Assembly: GCA_963722765.1 (NCBI GenBank)
Contig: CAVROO010000007.1
Span: 159,606 to 223,605 of the forward strand
Reading direction: 5' to 3'
Length of the DNA stretch: 64,000 nucleotides
Source of the DNA: an uncultured Acidobacteriota bacterium
Lineage (GTDB): Bacteria > Acidobacteriota > Vicinamibacteria > Marinacidobacterales > DATDRI01
Each line of letters opens with the position of its first letter. The stretch's first letter is position 1. This document shows, in pieces, positions 60,886 to 64,000 of this stretch. The notes beneath the pieces are model-generated. The model did not search any database. It was not told where the DNA came from and saw only the letters and a list, made by a program, of their open reading frames with translations. Position numbers and translations under genes: made by a program.

Positions 60886-61480
60886 ATGACGTTCATTAAC
60901 TACGCTTCTCGAGAAATTAACTGCAAGATCGTTTACTACGGTCCCGGTCTTTGTGGAAAGACCACGAACCTGCAGTTCATCTACGAGAAGACGAATCCCA
61001 ACGCAAAAGGCAAGCTCATTTCGCTGGCCACCGAGACCGACCGGACCCTGTTCTTCGACTTCCTCCCGCTCGAGTTGGGCAACGTTCGAGGTTTCAAGAC
61101 TCGGTTTCACCTCTATACGGTGCCGGGGCAGGTTTTCTATGACGCTTCGAGAAAGCTCATCTTCAAGGGAGTGGACGGCGTCATCTTCGTCGCCGACTCA
61201 CAGGTTGAGCGCATGGACGCCAACGTCGAGAGCCTACGCAACCTGGAACAGAACTTGAAAACCCAGGGCTACGACTTGATGGCGCATCCCCTACGTACTT
61301 CAACTCAACAAGCGCGACCTTCCCAACGTCGTACCCGTCGACGAGATGAAGGAAAAACTGCAGGTCAAAGGCGAACCGGTGCTCGAGGCCATCGCGACTT
61401 CGGGCAACGGTGTGGGGGTCTTCGACACCCTGAAAGCCGTGGCCAAGCTGGTTCTGCAGGATTTGACGAAGTCGTCATAA
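60886..61480 (+). CDS. mglA: Ras-like small GTPase MglA (mutual gliding-motility protein A family), one frameshift
   Basis: [36 protein letters not shown]...[54 protein letters not shown] is near-identical to Myxococcus MglA. The C-terminus [15 protein letters not shown]...[19 protein letters not shown] continues in another frame, ending TAA at 61478-61480. Confidence 0.9.
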
Positions 61481-61728
61481 TTAGTTCCTCGTTCGCTCCG
61501 CGCTCACTCGGCGCCACTCGCTCTTCAGCTCGGCGCTCTTCGGCCCATTCGGGCCGGGCTCGCTCCGCTCGCGCAGGCCTCGTCCGAAAGCTTACGTCGG
61601 CCTGCCCATGGTCAGCTCCTGAGTGGCTTTTTCGCTGTCGTCTTCTCCTGCTCTTCATTCTTGAGTACTCGGTTCTTGAGTTCACAAGACCTTGAGTATC
61701 GTGCTATACTTCTGGGCTCGGTTTTCGT

Positions 61729-61804
61729 TCCCCGGTAGCTCAATTGGTCGAGCGGCGGACTGTTAATCCGTAGGTTGTTGGTTCGAGTCCAACCCGGGGA
61801 GCCA
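61729..61804 (+). tRNA. tRNA-Asn (anticodon GTT), 76 nt
   Basis: Acceptor TCCCCGG/CCGGGGA + G + CCA. D-arm GTAGCTCAATTGGTCGAGC. Anticodon loop CTGTTAA. T-arm GGTTCGAGTCC. Resembles E. coli tRNA-Asn. Confidence 0.9.
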
Positions 61805-61815
61805 AATCTCGCCTG

Positions 61816-62838
61816 CTAGCCGCCGTCAAACATCCCCCCGATGCCGCCGAGTTGACCCAAGATGGATCCTTCGCCTTTGGTGCGACCGCCGGTTTGAGGT
61901 GCAGCGCTCCAAATCCGCCCCGCCAGTCGACTGAATGGGAGTGATTGAAGCCAGATTCGGCCCGGCCCGGTGACGCTGGCGAAGAAGAATCCCTCCCCGC
62001 CAAAGAGGGCGGACTTCACTTTGCCCACGAACTGAACGTCATAGTGGACGCTGGGCTCGAGGGCGACGATACATCCCGTGTCCACCCGGAGGTTCTCGCC
62101 GGCGTTGAGCGTTCTTTCGATGATGGTTCCTCCTGCGTGGAGAAAGGCCATACCGTCTCCTTCGAGCTTCTGCATGATGAAGCCCTCTCCGCCGAATAAA
62201 CCCACGCCGATTTTTTTCTGAAAGGCGATGCCGATGCTGACACCCTTGGCGGCGCAGAGAAAGGCGTCTTTCTGGCACACCAAGGCGCGGCCCGTCTCGG
62301 ATAGGTTCACGGGAACGATTTTGCCGGGATAGGGAGCGGCGAAGGCCACGCGCTTTTTCTCCGAGCTCTGGTTGGCAAAGACGGTCATGAACAGGCTTTC
62401 CCCGGTGAGAATGCGTTTGCCGGCGCCCATCAGCTTGTCCATGAATCCACCGGTCTGCCGGCCATCCCCGAAGATAGTCTCCATCTCAATTCCGTTCGGC
62501 ATATACATCATGGCGCCCGCCTCGGCCACCGCCGCCTCGCCGGGATCGAGCTCCACTTCCACGAACTGCATTTCCTCACCGAAGACCTCGTAGTCGACTT
62601 CGTGCATGTCGACGGGCGCACCGGCTGTGGGAACCGAGGGTGCAGGTGCCGGTGGAGATCCGGCCGGGCGCGCAAGCTCTGCCACCTGACCGGCGGCGGT
62701 CCAGTCCGCCATGCCCTGCTTGTAAACGAGAGTTTGGGCGTTGAATCGACCCGAGCTGAGTCCCTGCAATACATCCGCTGCGCTCATGGGCCCTAAACTT
62801 TGGCCACCTTCAGCCACGTACCATACTTTGTCCGTCAT
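61816..62838 (-). CDS. TIGR00266/AIM24-family protein with N-terminal GYF-like (DUF4339) domain
   Basis: N-terminus [20 protein letters not shown]...[16 protein letters not shown] (DUF4339), Pro/Ala linker, then AIM24 beta-rich repeats (FGGEGF motifs). Start at MTDKVWY with AGAGGA SD. Confidence 0.8.
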   Translation of the reverse strand: MTDKVWYVAEGGQSLGPMSAADVLQGLSSGRFNAQTLVYKQGMADWTAAGQVAELARPAGSPPAPAPSVPTAGAPVDMHEVDYEVFGEEMQFVEVELDPGEAAVAEAGAMMYMPNGIEMETIFGDGRQTGGFMDKLMGAGKRILTGESLFMTVFANQSSEKKRVAFAAPYPGKIVPVNLSETGRALVCQKDAFLCAAKGVSIGIAFQKKIGVGLFGGEGFIMQKLEGDGMAFLHAGGTIIERTLNAGENLRVDTGCIVALEPSVHYDVQFVGKVKSALFGGEGFFFASVTGPGRIWLQSLPFSRLAGRIWSAAPQTGGRTKGEGSILGQLGGIGGMFDGG

Positions 62839-63041
62839 GGCTCGTATCCTCTTATTTGTTTTGGATTGGATGGAGCTTCTACCCCGCGAAGCTCCGAGAC
62901 AAAAGTATATCAAATTCCGTGGAATCCCAAGTGCACTCTTCATTCTGGGGTTCTTGAGTTCTGGAGTTCTCGAGTTCTGTCTTTTGTGTTGCACTGCTAT
63001 ACTGTTCCGCTTCAATTGCCCAGGAGAGGGAGCTGTTTTAA

Positions 63042-64000
63042 ATGACCCCAAAAAGCAAGTATCTAGGTGGGCCGGCGATCGAGCCGCAGCCTGTCAATCC
63101 CAGTTGGACGGTCGCCGAGCTCATCGACGACTGCTTCAACGCTTACAACGCGGCTCGCCTCCGGGAAGCGTGCCAACTGTTCACACAGGAGATTCTCGAG
63201 AAAAACGTCACGATCGGTTTATCCCTGACCGGCGCTCTCACGCCGGCGGGACTTGCCCGTAGCTGCTTGATTCCTCTGATGGAGGCCGGCTTCGTGGACT
63301 GGGTCGTGACTACGGGCGCTAATCTCTACCACGACGCCCACTTCGGCATCGGTCACAAGATGCATCGAGGAACTCCCTTTGTGAATGACGTGGCGCTCCA
63401 CGAGGACAACGTCGTTCGTATCTACGACGTTTTCTTCGAGTTCGAGGCGCTCATTGACACGGACCAATTCTTCCAGAAGGTCGTTACCTCGGAGGAGTTT
63501 CAGCGGGACATGTCCTCCGCCGAGTTCCACAACAGGATCGGAAAGTATATGGCGGAACGGGAGGAGGCACTCGGAACCGGAAAGCAAACGATCCTCGCTG
63601 CGGCACACCGAGCGGGTATTCCCCTCTACACCTCCTCGCCGGGAGACAGCGCGATTGGAATGAACATCGCATCCATGGCTCTCAACGGAAACCGACTCAA
63701 AATCGACGTATCCGCCGATGTCAATGAGACGGCGGCCATCGTCCTCGACGCAAAGCGGCGCAGCGGAAAAGCGGCGGCCGTCATGCTCGGTGGGGGGTCG
63801 CCTAAAAACTTCGTCCTACAAACGGAGCCCCAAATCCAGGAAGTGCTCGGCATCGAAGAGAAGGGTTTCGACTTCTTCATCCAAATGACCGACGCACGTC
63901 CCGACACCGGGGGCCTTTCCGGCGCCACACCGAGCGAGGCAGTGAGCTGGGGCAAGGTCGACCCCGAAATGCTACCCGCCGCGGTCGTGGTCTATATGGA
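63042..64000 (+). CDS. deoxyhypusine synthase-like protein (homospermidine/deoxyhypusine synthase family), partial, continuing past the window end
   Basis: ATG at 63042. Open to the window end. Motifs [35 protein letters not shown]. Not in the ORF track because no stop lies within the window. Confidence 0.85.
   Translation, partial: MTPKSKYLGGPAIEPQPVNPSWTVAELIDDCFNAYNAARLREACQLFTQEILEKNVTIGLSLTGALTPAGLARSCLIPLMEAGFVDWVVTTGANLYHDAHFGIGHKMHRGTPFVNDVALHEDNVVRIYDVFFEFEALIDTDQFFQKVVTSEEFQRDMSSAEFHNRIGKYMAEREEALGTGKQTILAAAHRAGIPLYTSSPGDSAIGMNIASMALNGNRLKIDVSADVNETAAIVLDAKRRSGKAAAVMLGGGSPKNFVLQTEPQIQEVLGIEEKGFDFFIQMTDARPDTGGLSGATPSEAVSWGKVDPEMLPAAVVVYM

Noticed and set aside
61480-61805. Genomic island or integration at tRNA-Asn
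   Set aside because: No integrase, transposase or phage genes flank the tRNA. The repeated sequence nearby looks like promoter motifs rather than att sites. GC content is unchanged.

Overview
High-GC (~60%) bacterial chromosomal segment with Acidobacteria-like gene content: ADOP/FtsX-type ABC permeases, an MglA/MglB polarity module, TctABC, a TetR-TolC-MFP-RND efflux operon, and several Ser/Thr-kinase, PP2C and STAS signalling genes. About 60 genes can be supported, plus two tRNAs (Ser-GGA, Asn-GTT), an SRP RNA (ffs) upstream of dnaX-ybaB-recR, a bidirectional intrinsic terminator and two sigma-54 promoters. The most interesting region is a sigma-54/NtrC-controlled operon at 25.2-29.8 kb. It encodes a DUF4405 cytochrome-b-like membrane protein, a NapH-like membrane ferredoxin, an outer-membrane beta-barrel and a Tat-exported periplasmic polyferredoxin with eight [4Fe-4S] motifs, next to a cytochrome c gene. 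This looks like an undescribed porin-plus-polyferredoxin electron-transfer module. A second candidate is a radical-SAM/SPASM gene preceded by an unannotated 25-aa tandem-repeat, Cys-containing micro-ORF (possible RiPP precursor). A Ser/Thr kinase fused to DUF4388, a J-domain and TPR repeats is also unusual. Many otherwise well-conserved genes are broken by frameshifts, at least one of which sits at a homopolymer (an A-run read as four A where five restore the frame). This points to indel-type sequencing or assembly errors (or, less likely, mass pseudogenisation), so spanning coordinates are given for broken genes. No CRISPR array, transposase or integrase was seen.
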